Shown here: positions 38,237 through 48,348 of the stretch, piece after piece
Layout: every line of letters starts with the position of its first letter
Position numbering within the stretch: position 1 is the stretch's first letter
IMG/VR virus record: IMGVR_UViG_3300044632_002565
Location: 1-62,365 of that record
Direction: 5' to 3' (one strand)
Source of the DNA: a virus
Taxonomy: Duplodnaviria; Caudoviricetes
Length of the DNA: 62,365 bases
Position numbers and translations under genes: made by a program
The notes under the pieces: generated by a model
The model's input: the letters and a program-made list of their open reading frames with translations, nothing else
What the model was told of the DNA's origin: nothing
The model's database searches: none

Positions 38237-40137
38237 TGAAAAAATTATTTACATTACTTTCATTATTGTCATTCCCATTTTTAGGTTTTTCACAGACACC
38301 AGAAATTGGTCACTTCCAACAATTGAAAACTGTAAGAAGAGGTGACACGTTAGATGTTGCTTGGTATTACAAACCAGCAGCTGGTACGGATGTGAGAAGT
38401 TTCCAAGTGGATTGGCAATATAAAAAACGACTTTTCACCCACATATCAACAACTGTTGATGTTGCGGTTAGTGGAAACGGTCCTGAAATTTCTTACAGAA
38501 GTTGGGAAGATTACAAATATCAATCTTACTCAAGTGGAAATTATACTTATGTGTCCGACACAAACTGGACTATTGCAAGAAACTATTTGGTTTTATCTAA
38601 CGGTTCACAGGTTTCTTCGAACGGATATATAATTCACAACAAATATATAATAAACAACGTAATCCCAAATTTCGTTTCAGATACTGTTACGTTAAATTGG
38701 GCTAGAATGTTTAAGGTTGACGGAACAACAATTGGTGACAATGTAGCGATTTTAAATTACAACAAACTCGCGGTAAAATTACTTGGAAATCTTACAATTT
38801 CAGGTAAGGTTTGGCTTCCACCATCAGTAGTTACAAGAGGATGGGTTCCAACTTTATATTGTTACGAAAATGCAACAGGAAATCTGGTTTCAACAACAGT
38901 TCCAGACATAAACACAGGTTTATACGTTTTGGACAACATCGATGAAAATACAAGATATAAAATTGAACTAAGATTTAATCCTGACAGTTTGGTTTCAATC
39001 AGAGATAATTCAGTTACAGTTACAGATGCGGTAAAAGCTTTCAACGAATTTGTGAACGCTGACATTTCGCAAACTTACCCTCGTACCTACTTACAAAATG
39101 GATTGGCATATTTGATTGCAGATATAAATTGGAACCAAAAATTTGACGGGGGTGACCCTTATGGTATTTACGCTTCGGTTTCAGGACTCAGACCTATTGC
39201 AACTAATAACTTGATAAAAGTTTTTACCAAAAACGAATTTGATAGTTTGGCTTTGGGTATAAACCAATGGTCAGATTGGACAACTTACAATAGTAGACAA
39301 AATTTTGTTTTGGATACGGTTCTTACATCTAATTTGTCACTTGATTTGAAATACTATATACAAGGGGATGTTGATAGAAGTCACTCCTCTCCTGTTTATG
39401 ACGCTAATGGAAACCTTGTAAGAGGTCCTGTTTACACGGGAAGATATAGTGTCAATATTCCTAACTCATACTCTGTAGGTCAACCTATGTTTGTACCATT
39501 TAACGTGTCAACAAACGGATTAGTGAATTATGGACTACAATTTGAAATGAAATATGACCCGACAAAAGTTAAATTTACAGAAATAATATCGAAAGTTCCG
39601 AATGAATGGTTACAATATGTAACTCATGATGACCAAAATGGAATCATCAGATTCGGTGGAATGAATAATCAAAAAAAGGGGGGGATAATTGGTTTATCCA
39701 CCCCCTTTAATTTAAAATTTACGCCAATTGACCCTTCGGAGGATATTTCTTCTTATGTTTTTGTTAGACAACTAATGGACGCCTCCAATTCTGAAGGTGA
39801 ACATTTCAATATTGAATTAGCATCTGAAAGAATAGTTTTAACTTATAGAGCGGCAGGGCCAATATTAGCCGTAACGAAGCCTATTGCAGAAATCAGACCA
39901 AATCCAAATTCGGGACAATTTGAATTAACTGTTACATTTCCGAATAATTATTGGATGAAAGGTTATGTTTATGATTACAACGGAAGAAAGGTTTTGGATT
40001 TAGGAGATTTCAAAACCGATGAGTTTACAAACGTAATCACAAGAGCAATTAACGCCAAAAATCTAGCACAAGGTAAATATTTGTTAGTGATGGCGAATAA
40101 TAATGAAAGAATAACTAAACCATTTGTAAAAATTTAA
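38233..40137 (+). CDS. Secreted cohesin/dockerin-like protein with T9SS type A C-terminal domain
   Basis: Signal peptide; ADINWNQKFDGGD and GDVD Ca loops; GLQFEMKYDPTKVKF cohesin-like; IRPNP..YDYNGRKV..LAQGKYLL..KPFVKI. Confidence 0.75.
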   Translation: MMKKLFTLLSLLSFPFLGFSQTPEIGHFQQLKTVRRGDTLDVAWYYKPAAGTDVRSFQVDWQYKKRLFTHISTTVDVAVSGNGPEISYRSWEDYKYQSYSSGNYTYVSDTNWTIARNYLVLSNGSQVSSNGYIIHNKYIINNVIPNFVSDTVTLNWARMFKVDGTTIGDNVAILNYNKLAVKLLGNLTISGKVWLPPSVVTRGWVPTLYCYENATGNLVSTTVPDINTGLYVLDNIDENTRYKIELRFNPDSLVSIRDNSVTVTDAVKAFNEFVNADISQTYPRTYLQNGLAYLIADINWNQKFDGGDPYGIYASVSGLRPIATNNLIKVFTKNEFDSLALGINQWSDWTTYNSRQNFVLDTVLTSNLSLDLKYYIQGDVDRSHSSPVYDANGNLVRGPVYTGRYSVNIPNSYSVGQPMFVPFNVSTNGLVNYGLQFEMKYDPTKVKFTEIISKVPNEWLQYVTHDDQNGIIRFGGMNNQKKGGIIGLSTPFNLKFTPIDPSEDISSYVFVRQLMDASNSEGEHFNIELASERIVLTYRAAGPILAVTKPIAEIRPNPNSGQFELTVTFPNNYWMKGYVYDYNGRKVLDLGDFKTDEFTNVITRAINAKNLAQGKYLLVMANNNERITKPFVKI

Positions 40138-40141
40138 AACT

Positions 40142-40450
40142 ATGTCAGAAGAACAATTAGAACAAAATGATGGGTCTTGGTCAGGACTAAAGAAGACCAT
40201 CGTAGGAACACTCGGAACTGTTGTTGCGGGTGGTGGCGTATGGCTAAGCACTTTGTTGTTTGGCGGTCATGAAGAAAAACAAGAACAAGCACCTCCTCCT
40301 CAACCAACAATCGTAATTAACAATTCTCAACAACAGCAAGCAGCACCTGAGAAAACTGTGATTATCAAAGAAAAAGCGTCGCAACCTGCCGCTAAACCAG
40401 CTGAACCTGCTCCAAAACCTAAACCTTTTTCAGAGGAACCAAAATGGTAA
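40142..40450 (+). CDS. Single-TM protein with Pro/Gln-rich tail
   Basis: TM then QAPPPQPTIVINN, PAAKPAEPAPKPKP. Confidence 0.7.
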   Translation: MSEEQLEQNDGSWSGLKKTIVGTLGTVVAGGGVWLSTLLFGGHEEKQEQAPPPQPTIVINNSQQQQAAPEKTVIIKEKASQPAAKPAEPAPKPKPFSEEPKW

Positions 40451-40453
40451 TTT

Positions 40454-41011
40454 ATGAGTCAACAAACACCAACAGGATTTAAAGATTTATTAAACTCCAT
40501 GATGAAAAAGAGATGGTGGATTACCGCTCTTGTTCTTGGAGGATTTGTTGTAATCATCGGCGCAATTTTTTTGGCTATTTTTGAACAAAGTGCTATCAGT
40601 GGAGAGTGGAAAGAGCTTCTACTTTTATTACTTGGTGCTTTTATCGGTTCTTATGGTAAGATTATTGACTATTGGTTCAGTGATACAGATAAGGACAAGA
40701 TGTTAGTTCAAAAAATGGACGAAGAGGATGGTGTATCTTTCTCATCTACTTTAGATATGAAAGATTCTGCATCGGCTCAACATAATGAACCTATTGTGGT
40801 ATCCACCCCTCAAGTAACCCCTCAGGTCGCCCCTCAAGTCGGTGTCGAAATCGATGAAGATGGTGATGGTACAATGGATGGTATCGATGAGGATGGTGAC
40901 GGTATTATAGACATGTATTTCGAACATCGTCAGTGTGAACACGTTTGGGGTGACGCTGATGGTGATGGAGATGAAGAGTGTCTTAAATGTGGTCTTATTA
41001 AACAAGTTTAA
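40454..41011 (+). CDS. 2-TM protein with DxDGDG Ca-binding repeats and Cys/His motif
   Basis: LLLLLGAFIGSYGKIIDYWF; DEDGDG x2, DADGDG; CEH...CLKCG. Confidence 0.75.
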   Translation: MSQQTPTGFKDLLNSMMKKRWWITALVLGGFVVIIGAIFLAIFEQSAISGEWKELLLLLLGAFIGSYGKIIDYWFSDTDKDKMLVQKMDEEDGVSFSSTLDMKDSASAQHNEPIVVSTPQVTPQVAPQVGVEIDEDGDGTMDGIDEDGDGIIDMYFEHRQCEHVWGDADGDGDEECLKCGLIKQV

Positions 41012-41012
41012 A

Positions 41013-41729
41013 ATGAAGAAAATTTTATTACCTGTATTTCTACTCGTATGCTCATTTGTGAACGCACAAGTTGTGGGAACAACTAAAACTGAGCAATACA
41101 AAGCAAGTTTCGAAACAAAAATCAATATTGATTCTTTGATGGATTACGATGGTCCACAAATTCCAATTCAAATCTTAACAATTGGAATTAGTGATGAGGT
41201 ATATGAACAGTATCCTGAGCTGAAAGAAAAGAAAGTTGGTCTTGGTGTTGCGAATATAAGTTTGGAATTTTTGTCTGAACTAAACAGATTCACTTTTACT
41301 GAAGATAAAACTGAAATAAAAAACCGTATGGTCAAACAGTTTCAGGCATCTCAAGCAGGAATTAGTCAAGACAAATTGGACGGTAGAGGTAAGATTAGAC
41401 TTGCTCATTATTTCGTTACAATCGAAGTTTATGACTTTTCTGTTTCTGAGGATGAGACTGTAAATTTAAAAGATGGAGTTAAAAATATTGTAAACACAAG
41501 ACTCGGTCTTCAGGTTAGATTTACAAACGCAGAAACAGGTGAAATTATTGCGGCTTCAGGTCTCGGTGAGGCAAAAACTGTCAGAGAATTATCTCTTTTA
41601 AATGATGATAATTTGAGTGACGTTAAATTCAATCAATCAACAATAGGAATTACTACAAAGAAAGCACTTGAAATTGCTTGTAGTAGAATTCTTGTAAGGA
41701 TGATTAAAAAGGGCGTGTTCCCAAAATAA
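41013..41729 (+). CDS. CsgG/HfaB-like protein
   Basis: Signal peptide; NRFTFTE, AHYFVTIEVYDF, LQVRFTNAETGEII. Confidence 0.65.
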   Translation: MKKILLPVFLLVCSFVNAQVVGTTKTEQYKASFETKINIDSLMDYDGPQIPIQILTIGISDEVYEQYPELKEKKVGLGVANISLEFLSELNRFTFTEDKTEIKNRMVKQFQASQAGISQDKLDGRGKIRLAHYFVTIEVYDFSVSEDETVNLKDGVKNIVNTRLGLQVRFTNAETGEIIAASGLGEAKTVRELSLLNDDNLSDVKFNQSTIGITTKKALEIACSRILVRMIKKGVFPK

Positions 41730-43202
41730 ATGTGGAAAGGGTTAAAAATTTTTTTAAGTATTGTTTGTATCTTCTTTCTCAACTTGAAAGTTGATGCTCA
41801 AACCATTAATTACGAGTTTATAGACCCTTGCACAAAAGCTGTCACAAACTTTTCAATCCCTATTCAGGGAGGAACAATAATTTATTTTTATGGAAAATCG
41901 GCATCATTCACCGCGGCTGACGTGGCGAGTGGTGCTTTTGCCTCTTGGGTCAATCAAGCTTATGTGGACTACAGAAAATTGACACCTTGCTCGGTTCAAT
42001 CCGTAGGTGTCACAAGAAATCAAATAACCGCACAAGTAATCGGAAATGTGGTAAGTAGTGTTGTTGGTCAAATAAACTCATCCGTGATGCAAGGTTCATC
42101 TATGGGTGGAAATGATGCGGGTTCAAAAGACAATAGGTCCGAAAAAACAAGAAATAGAAATGAAAATACTAATTCTAACTCTAATAATTCCGTTTCTAAT
42201 ACTAATAGTAGTGGGACTTCTCCAAATGGGGGCTCAGGTGTATCAGGCGGTCAGGGCAACAGTTCTGTACCTGTGGGAAGTTCTAACCAAGGGGGTCAAA
42301 CTTCTTCTCAAGGGACTTCAAATAACCCTACAAGCGGTGGTAGTGGTGTCGGGGGGAACAGTAATTCTTCTAATAGTGGGGTTAGTAACAATAGTGGTGT
42401 TTCTTCATCTTCTTCTACGGGAAGCGGTGAGAAAGACAAAGAAAAAGGTTCTGAGGTGGTGGCGACAACCGTAATGAATGTTGATGTAAGGAACGACCGT
42501 GGTTCAGAAAGTGGTGGAGGTGGAGGAAAAAAAGGTTCATCAAAATCAGGAAATTCAAACCCGATGATAGTATCATCTGACCTTACTTCCGCTCAAAACT
42601 TAGACAAAAGTTTTACAGGAATTGCAAATGTAGGTGTATCAAGAACCTCTTTAATGGGAACAAGTTCTTGGGGCGTAACAGGAATGATTTGGTTTAATTT
42701 CAAACAATTTGCAATCAACTCAAGATATACAAAAATAAAAATTAACCAATCAGGAACCCTTAAATTCGTTCATAATGTAAATCTAACGGGTGCTTATTCA
42801 TACGGAAACCTATTCTCATTTTTGGGTTATAGTATGATAATAAACGCCAAGAAGTGGGGAATTACAGGATTTAATATAAGTGGAGCTGTTGCCAAACTTC
42901 CTGAAGATAGTAACTTATTTATTAGTCCATCTTTTACTGCATTTTATACCAAGCCAATTGTTGCAAATAAAAAACTTACCATCTCCCCTGAGATTTATTT
43001 AATTTCAACACCTGTGGTTTATTCTTCAGTAGATAAAGTAACTGTAACAGACAGAACATTCAGTGCGTTTATAGGAAGTGGATTTGATTACCAAATCTCA
43101 AGAAGATTCAAATTCAATGTAAATTATAAAGCCAATCTTAGTACCAATCCTGAGTTTCCTATTTTATCATTTTTCTTGATTGGTAGTAAAGTAAATCTAT
43201 GA
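41730..43202 (+). CDS. Secreted protein with G/S/N-rich linker and C-terminal beta-barrel-like domain
   Basis: Signal peptide; low-complexity middle; alternating beta-strands ending FLIGSKVNL. Confidence 0.7.
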   Translation: MWKGLKIFLSIVCIFFLNLKVDAQTINYEFIDPCTKAVTNFSIPIQGGTIIYFYGKSASFTAADVASGAFASWVNQAYVDYRKLTPCSVQSVGVTRNQITAQVIGNVVSSVVGQINSSVMQGSSMGGNDAGSKDNRSEKTRNRNENTNSNSNNSVSNTNSSGTSPNGGSGVSGGQGNSSVPVGSSNQGGQTSSQGTSNNPTSGGSGVGGNSNSSNSGVSNNSGVSSSSSTGSGEKDKEKGSEVVATTVMNVDVRNDRGSESGGGGGKKGSSKSGNSNPMIVSSDLTSAQNLDKSFTGIANVGVSRTSLMGTSSWGVTGMIWFNFKQFAINSRYTKIKINQSGTLKFVHNVNLTGAYSYGNLFSFLGYSMIINAKKWGITGFNISGAVAKLPEDSNLFISPSFTAFYTKPIVANKKLTISPEIYLISTPVVYSSVDKVTVTDRTFSAFIGSGFDYQISRRFKFNVNYKANLSTNPEFPILSFFLIGSKVNL

Positions 43203-44644
43203 AAAAATTCGTTACCATATTTTTATTTTGTTTCGCACAGTTTGTTTCGCATGATTTTTGTTTCGCACAAAGTGTAACGGCACCACCAGGAAGAACTTAT
43301 CAGGTGAGTACCTCAGGTCAAGATGCAAGTGGATTTGTAATCAACGGATTCACATCTGAAACTTTATTAACTTCAATAGGTCTTGTTAATCCCCCCGCAG
43401 GAACAACATTTTCAATCACAACAACTACAGGTTTATCTTTTGCCACAGGATATAACACTTGGTCAAATATCACAAGAATTAGTTTCACAGGAACTCAAGC
43501 AAACGTGAATAACGCTCTCGCCTCACTTAAAATCAACACAGGGTCTGCATTGGGAAGTGTTCAAATCTCAGTTTCAACGACAATAAACCCTGTTGGATAT
43601 TATTACAACGCAACAAATGGTCACTTCTATAGACCAATTTCAACCACCGCAACTTACACAAATTCAAAGGTTTTAGCTGCTCAACAAACCTTCAAAGGTC
43701 AAACTGGTTATTTGGTGACAATTACGTCTGCGGATGAACAAAACTTTATTATTGCAAACGTTCCTCAGAATAATATATGGTTTGCTCTCTCAGACAGACT
43801 ACAAGAGGGTTATTGGAGAGTTGATGCGGGTCCTGAAAATGGAACTTTGGTTAATATTGGAAACTTTAATGGGAACCCTCAACCAGGAACATATCAAAAT
43901 TGGTGTGGTGGTGAACCGAACGATGCCGGTGGTGAAGATTTTGCAGTAACAAAATGGGGTGGTGGTGGATGTTGGAATGATTTACCTGATTGGTCTAATC
44001 CTTATGTAATTGAGTTTGGTACGTGGTCAAATCCTCAGGATGCAACTTTTACAGGATACTACGCAGCAAACACAACTAATACTGTTGCAATTACAAATAC
44101 ACTTTCGGGTACAGTTTCAGTTCCGACACTGAGTCCTTATCCAACTTTGACATTATATAGGGTGGTAAACGGAGTTGAAACCTTGGTCGATTATAAAACT
44201 TTAAGTTCAAGTGGAACTTACACTTTTACTTTACCTCAACAAAATTCGACCTATAAATTAGTCCCCTCTCTTTCGATTCAAGGAATAACAACCGCCGATT
44301 TTACCCCACTATTTAACGAAATTCAAAACGTAAATACACCTAATAACACTCCCTCAGGTTTATTTCTCACAGGAACAAAACAGTGGAAGGCATCTGACGT
44401 AAACAAAAACGGTATAATTGATTTGGGTGATGCATATCTCATCTTAGCACATATCACAGGACTGAGACCTATTACAGAAGTACTTTGGTTCACCTCAACA
44501 AATTATGATTTAATCAATAGAACAAATTTCGGTTCTATTTCACCCGTCACATCTTTTACAATAAATGTGGCAACTTCAAACGTTACTCAAAACATCAAAT
44601 ATTGTATGTTAGGCGACGTCAATTTATCACATTCTTCACAGTAG
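43199..44644 (+). CDS. Secreted C-type lectin plus dockerin-like protein
   Basis: GYLVTITSADEQNFI, W..GEPND..GED, WND; SDVNKNGIIDLGDA, GDVN. Confidence 0.8.
   Translation: MKKFVTIFLFCFAQFVSHDFCFAQSVTAPPGRTYQVSTSGQDASGFVINGFTSETLLTSIGLVNPPAGTTFSITTTTGLSFATGYNTWSNITRISFTGTQANVNNALASLKINTGSALGSVQISVSTTINPVGYYYNATNGHFYRPISTTATYTNSKVLAAQQTFKGQTGYLVTITSADEQNFIIANVPQNNIWFALSDRLQEGYWRVDAGPENGTLVNIGNFNGNPQPGTYQNWCGGEPNDAGGEDFAVTKWGGGGCWNDLPDWSNPYVIEFGTWSNPQDATFTGYYAANTTNTVAITNTLSGTVSVPTLSPYPTLTLYRVVNGVETLVDYKTLSSSGTYTFTLPQQNSTYKLVPSLSIQGITTADFTPLFNEIQNVNTPNNTPSGLFLTGTKQWKASDVNKNGIIDLGDAYLILAHITGLRPITEVLWFTSTNYDLINRTNFGSISPVTSFTINVATSNVTQNIKYCMLGDVNLSHSSQ
43227..43267 (+). repeat. Three copies of TTTGTTTCGCA in signal-peptide coding region
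   Basis: Copies at 43227, 43241, 43257. Confidence 0.85.
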
Positions 44645-44672
44645 AAAATATTTATTAGGAAATTAAATTACT

Positions 44673-45506
44673 ATGTTACTAAAAGTTGGGTCTAGAGGAG
44701 AAGACGTTAAAAAACTTCAACAAAAATTGGGTTTGGGTGCCGATGGAATCTTCGGTAATGGTACTGAGCAAGCTGTAAAAAATTTCCAAACAAAAAATGG
44801 TTTAAATCCCGATGGTATTGTGGGGGAACAAACATGGCAAAAAATCATGGGACAAGGAGTTCTAATTACTGAACCCGCTCCTGTACAACAAGCTCCAATT
44901 GTTAACACAGGTTCTTTGAAATTAGAAAATTTGAAAGGTCACATTCCTGATGATGTTATTGCTCAAATCCCTGATACCGCAAAAAAATTCGGTATTGATA
45001 CACCTCTAAAACTTGCTCACTTTCTTGCACAATGTGGTCATGAATCAGGAGGATTTAGACTCACTCAAGAAAATTTAAATTATTCTGCTCAAGGTCTCAA
45101 AAACATTTTCCCAAAGTATTTTCCTGGTAATCTTTCTGAGTCTTATGCAAGAAATCCTCAGAAAATTGCGTCAAAAGTATATGGTGGAAGAATGGGTAAC
45201 GGTCCTGAATCAACAGGAGAAGGTTTCAAATTTCGTGGTAGAGGTTATATTCAACTCACAGGTAAAGACAATTACACCGCATTTGGAAAAGCAATAAATG
45301 AAGACATTGTTTCAAATCCTGATTTGGTTTCAACAAAATACCCTTTACTCTCAGCGGCATGGTTTTTCAGTAAAAATTGTTTGAAAAGATGTGTTGATGA
45401 TTCCAACGCAACTGTAACTTCCGTTACAAAATGTGTAAATGGTGGAACCATAGGACTTGCTGATAGATTGAAACATTTTAAAGAATATTATCATTTATTA
45501 AAATAA
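44673..45506 (+). CDS. Endolysin: PG-binding domain plus GH19
   Basis: LKVGSRGEDVKKLQ..DGIFG..T; HFLAQCGHESGGF, FRGRGYIQLTGKDNY, VNGG. Confidence 0.93.
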   Translation: MLLKVGSRGEDVKKLQQKLGLGADGIFGNGTEQAVKNFQTKNGLNPDGIVGEQTWQKIMGQGVLITEPAPVQQAPIVNTGSLKLENLKGHIPDDVIAQIPDTAKKFGIDTPLKLAHFLAQCGHESGGFRLTQENLNYSAQGLKNIFPKYFPGNLSESYARNPQKIASKVYGGRMGNGPESTGEGFKFRGRGYIQLTGKDNYTAFGKAINEDIVSNPDLVSTKYPLLSAAWFFSKNCLKRCVDDSNATVTSVTKCVNGGTIGLADRLKHFKEYYHLLK

Positions 45507-45559
45507 CCCCTCTGGTTATGTCTGAATTTGATAATTTTTGGTTCTTTATTATATTTATA

Positions 45560-45640
45560 AATGACATCACCGTAAGGTGTTCTCATATATCCTTTCCAAA
45601 AGACCCGTCAAAAATTATTTTGTCGGGTCTTATTTTTTTC
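45560..45640 (+). ncRNA. Candidate short RNA between TATTTATA and terminator
   Basis: CACC-GTAA-GGTG hairpin, then AAGACCCG/CGGGTCTT terminator; no ORF. Confidence 0.35.
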
Positions 45641-45663
45641 TTATCTTTGTTCAAACTATAAAA

Positions 45664-45894
45664 ATGGATAAACAAAGTAATCATTGGGGAGACGTTATCA
45701 TTTGGTTAGAAAAAGTTGCTAAATCTTGTCAAACCAAAGAACAGGCAGAAAATTGTGAAAGGTTAGTATGGAACTTTCACAGAAAATACCAAAAAAAACT
45801 CGGTTTGGCAGAATGTTTTGACCTCACAAAAGAGATTGATAAAATACTTTTGGAATTCAAACTCCCCGCATTTTATAAAAAACAAAAATTATGA
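45664..45894 (+). CDS. Hypothetical protein
   Basis: Start moved to ATG 45664, downstream of TATCTTTG at 45642. Confidence 0.65.
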   Translation: MDKQSNHWGDVIIWLEKVAKSCQTKEQAENCERLVWNFHRKYQKKLGLAECFDLTKEIDKILLEFKLPAFYKKQKL

Positions 45895-46493
45895 AAGTAG
45901 TCTTTACTGAAAGTTTTTGGAAGTCTTTAAAAATTATGGCTAGACACCAAACTTGGTGGTATAGAACCTATGAAGTTTTTAGATATAAGCTTCCCGCATT
46001 TTTCCGTAATCTTTATTATTTCAGACGAGAATTATGGGAATTTAGAGGATGGGATTATTCATTCAATCTAACTTTGTTTGCACGTTCCCTTGAGAAAACA
46101 TCCGAAGTTTTAGAAAAACATGGAAATGAGGTGGAGGTTTCAAAGAACAAAAAAGTTGAAAAAATAAAAAGGGTTATTGAGTTAATAAAGAATAGCCGAG
46201 AAGACCATTACATTTATCGCGCGGAGGAAGAGTTAGGTGAAATCAGAGGGGAAAATTGGTTCCTCGGAGATGACGAATTAAATCCTGAGGACATGGAACA
46301 TAATAGAAAGGTCTACGCTAGAGCTCGTGAAATAGAGGAAATAGAATGGAGTGAAATTTGGGACATTTTAAGGGGTCAAAATATCGATGAGTACCGAACC
46401 CTAATGGGTAAGTTACCTCCCGAAGAAAAGGATAAAATGGACGTTTGGAACGATTGGTATGATGGGTCAGGTATTCGTAATTGGTGGGATTAA
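45891..46493 (+). CDS. Hypothetical phage protein
   Basis: Trp-rich, ends GIRNWWD. Confidence 0.75.
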   Translation: MKVVFTESFWKSLKIMARHQTWWYRTYEVFRYKLPAFFRNLYYFRRELWEFRGWDYSFNLTLFARSLEKTSEVLEKHGNEVEVSKNKKVEKIKRVIELIKNSREDHYIYRAEEELGEIRGENWFLGDDELNPEDMEHNRKVYARAREIEEIEWSEIWDILRGQNIDEYRTLMGKLPPEEKDKMDVWNDWYDGSGIRNWWD

Positions 46494-46505
46494 AAAAAAA
46501 TAAAT

Positions 46506-46667
46506 ATGATTGCAATTTTCTTTTTTATGTTTATCTTTGTTGTCCTGATTGCGTGGGCTTGGGTCAGAGGAATTGATAATATGAAAAAAAATCATCCCGA
46601 TTATAAGGGTGAAGACTTTCTAAATTGGGACAAAATGAAGAGATATGAAGATGACCTTTATAAGTGA
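46506..46667 (+). CDS. Small membrane protein (53 aa; not in ORF track)
   Basis: MIAIFFFMFIFVVLIAWAWVRGIDNMKKNHPDYKGEDFL... Confidence 0.65.
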   Translation: MIAIFFFMFIFVVLIAWAWVRGIDNMKKNHPDYKGEDFLNWDKMKRYEDDLYK

Positions 46668-46723
46668 TAGTGGTCATCCCCAAATGATACAATGGCATTT
46701 TAACAATTGTAAACACAAAAAAA

Positions 46724-47404
46724 ATGACTAAAAAATACGTTTTTATATCAGACACTCATGGAAAACATGAATATCTGACTTCCAACAGGATGGGAAACAT
46801 TTTAGGAAGTGGCGATTGTTTAATCCATGCGGGCGACATTTCAAATGTGGGAAAAGTTCACGAGATTAAAGATTTCTTAGATTGGTTTAGCAATACTGAT
46901 TTCACTCATAAAATCTTCATTGCGGGGAACCATGATTTTGGTTTTGAACTTGTTCAAGACATCGCTCCTGAATATAAGGAGAAGGGAGTTCATTATCTTT
47001 TTGATAGTGAGGTGGTCATTGATGGTGTGAAGTTCTACGGAAGTCCTTGGCAACCTGAATTTTATGATTGGGCATTTAATCTTCCAAGAGGAGAGAAACT
47101 CGCTGAAAAATGGGCAATGATTCCTGGAAATACTGATATCCTTATAACCCACGGACCAGCCTACGGAATGCTTGATTGGGTTCCAAGTGGAACACAAGTA
47201 GGTTGTCAGGATTTGTTCCACAGAGTGATGGAAGTTCAGCCAAAAATTCACGTTTGTGGTCACATCCACTGCGCATACGGTCAGAAGAATTTCAATGGTG
47301 TTGAGTTTTTGAATGCTGCACTTCTCAATGAAAGGTACATACATGAAAACAAACCAATCGTTCTAGATTTTGATGTAGAAACAAAACAAATTGATTACCC
47401 CTAA
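46724..47404 (+). CDS. Metallophosphoesterase (calcineurin-like)
   Basis: SDTH, HAGD, GNHD, ITHGP, GHIH. Confidence 0.92.
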   Translation: MTKKYVFISDTHGKHEYLTSNRMGNILGSGDCLIHAGDISNVGKVHEIKDFLDWFSNTDFTHKIFIAGNHDFGFELVQDIAPEYKEKGVHYLFDSEVVIDGVKFYGSPWQPEFYDWAFNLPRGEKLAEKWAMIPGNTDILITHGPAYGMLDWVPSGTQVGCQDLFHRVMEVQPKIHVCGHIHCAYGQKNFNGVEFLNAALLNERYIHENKPIVLDFDVETKQIDYP

Positions 47405-47416
47405 AAATGAAATAAT

Positions 47417-47614
47417 ATGAATAACAAAATTAAAGCTTTAGTAACGGTCGTTGGTTTTTTGCTCACCTTGACCCTAATTTCTTTAGGAGTGAAATACTAT
47501 GCTGAAATAATGGGTTATATAATTGTCGGAAGTGCATTAATTCTCTGTTTATGGATTGCTTATAATATTGCACTTGAATATTATAACTCAAAAGACAAAT
47601 TCAACAACAATTAA
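47417..47614 (+). CDS. Small 2-TM protein
   Basis: Two hydrophobic segments. Confidence 0.6.
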   Translation: MNNKIKALVTVVGFLLTLTLISLGVKYYAEIMGYIIVGSALILCLWIAYNIALEYYNSKDKFNNN

Positions 47615-47624
47615 ATTACCCGAA

Positions 47625-48098
47625 ATGAAAAACAAAAATGTGATTGAAGAGTTAAAAAAGTTGAATCCCGAAGACTCAACAAAAATTACGCTAATCTTCA
47701 ACAAAAAGAGTTTGAATGAAATAAACTACATCAACGGCACGTGGGAAGAAAAAAACTATTTTTGTGAAGCCTCCACAAATTGGAGGTCAGCGGAATTGTT
47801 TACTGAAGAGTTTACTGTTGAAGAGCTAATAAAACTCTTGAAAAACAAAAACATTTCAGAAATTGACCAAAGTGATTTCAATGACCTTCAATTAGTTGAA
47901 TCTTCTGATGGTTCTACTGATGTTTACGACGTTGAGTGGGATGTTGTTCTTACTGAAGAGGAACAAGAAATTGCTCCTTCAGGAATGGATATGTATTGGG
48001 ACGGAGACATAACTGATTCAGACTACGAATTTGGCACTGATGCGATTTACGAAATGAAGATTGAATGCGGTGATTATTCGACTAGTATAAACGAATAA
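47625..48098 (+). CDS. Acidic hypothetical protein
   Basis: Start moved to ATG 47625. Confidence 0.65.
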   Translation: MKNKNVIEELKKLNPEDSTKITLIFNKKSLNEINYINGTWEEKNYFCEASTNWRSAELFTEEFTVEELIKLLKNKNISEIDQSDFNDLQLVESSDGSTDVYDVEWDVVLTEEEQEIAPSGMDMYWDGDITDSDYEFGTDAIYEMKIECGDYSTSINE

Positions 48099-48099
48099 A

Positions 48100-48348
48100 A
48101 TGAAAAAAAATAAGATAAATCAGGGGCATTTTCTTGAACTTATGGATAGACTTCACGTTCAATCATGTATGATTGAGAATCATTTGATAGGTCATCCACT
48201 TACAAAAAAAATTAAAAAAGTTAAAAAACTAATTGATGATGCAGGTTGGGCTTTAGCTGAGGCCTATCAAATCATCGGACAAGAGTCTATCAAAAATTAT
48301 GAAAAAAATAAAACTTTATCTAGACGACATAAGAAACCCAAAGACTGA
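48100..48348 (+). CDS. Hypothetical protein
   Basis: HFLELMDRLH..HP..AYQIIG. Confidence 0.65.
   Translation: MKKNKINQGHFLELMDRLHVQSCMIENHLIGHPLTKKIKKVKKLIDDAGWALAEAYQIIGQESIKNYEKNKTLSRRHKKPKD

Noticed and set aside
40806-40840. 12-nt tandem repeat encoding TPQV/APQV
   Set aside because: In-frame linker repeat with no evident regulatory role
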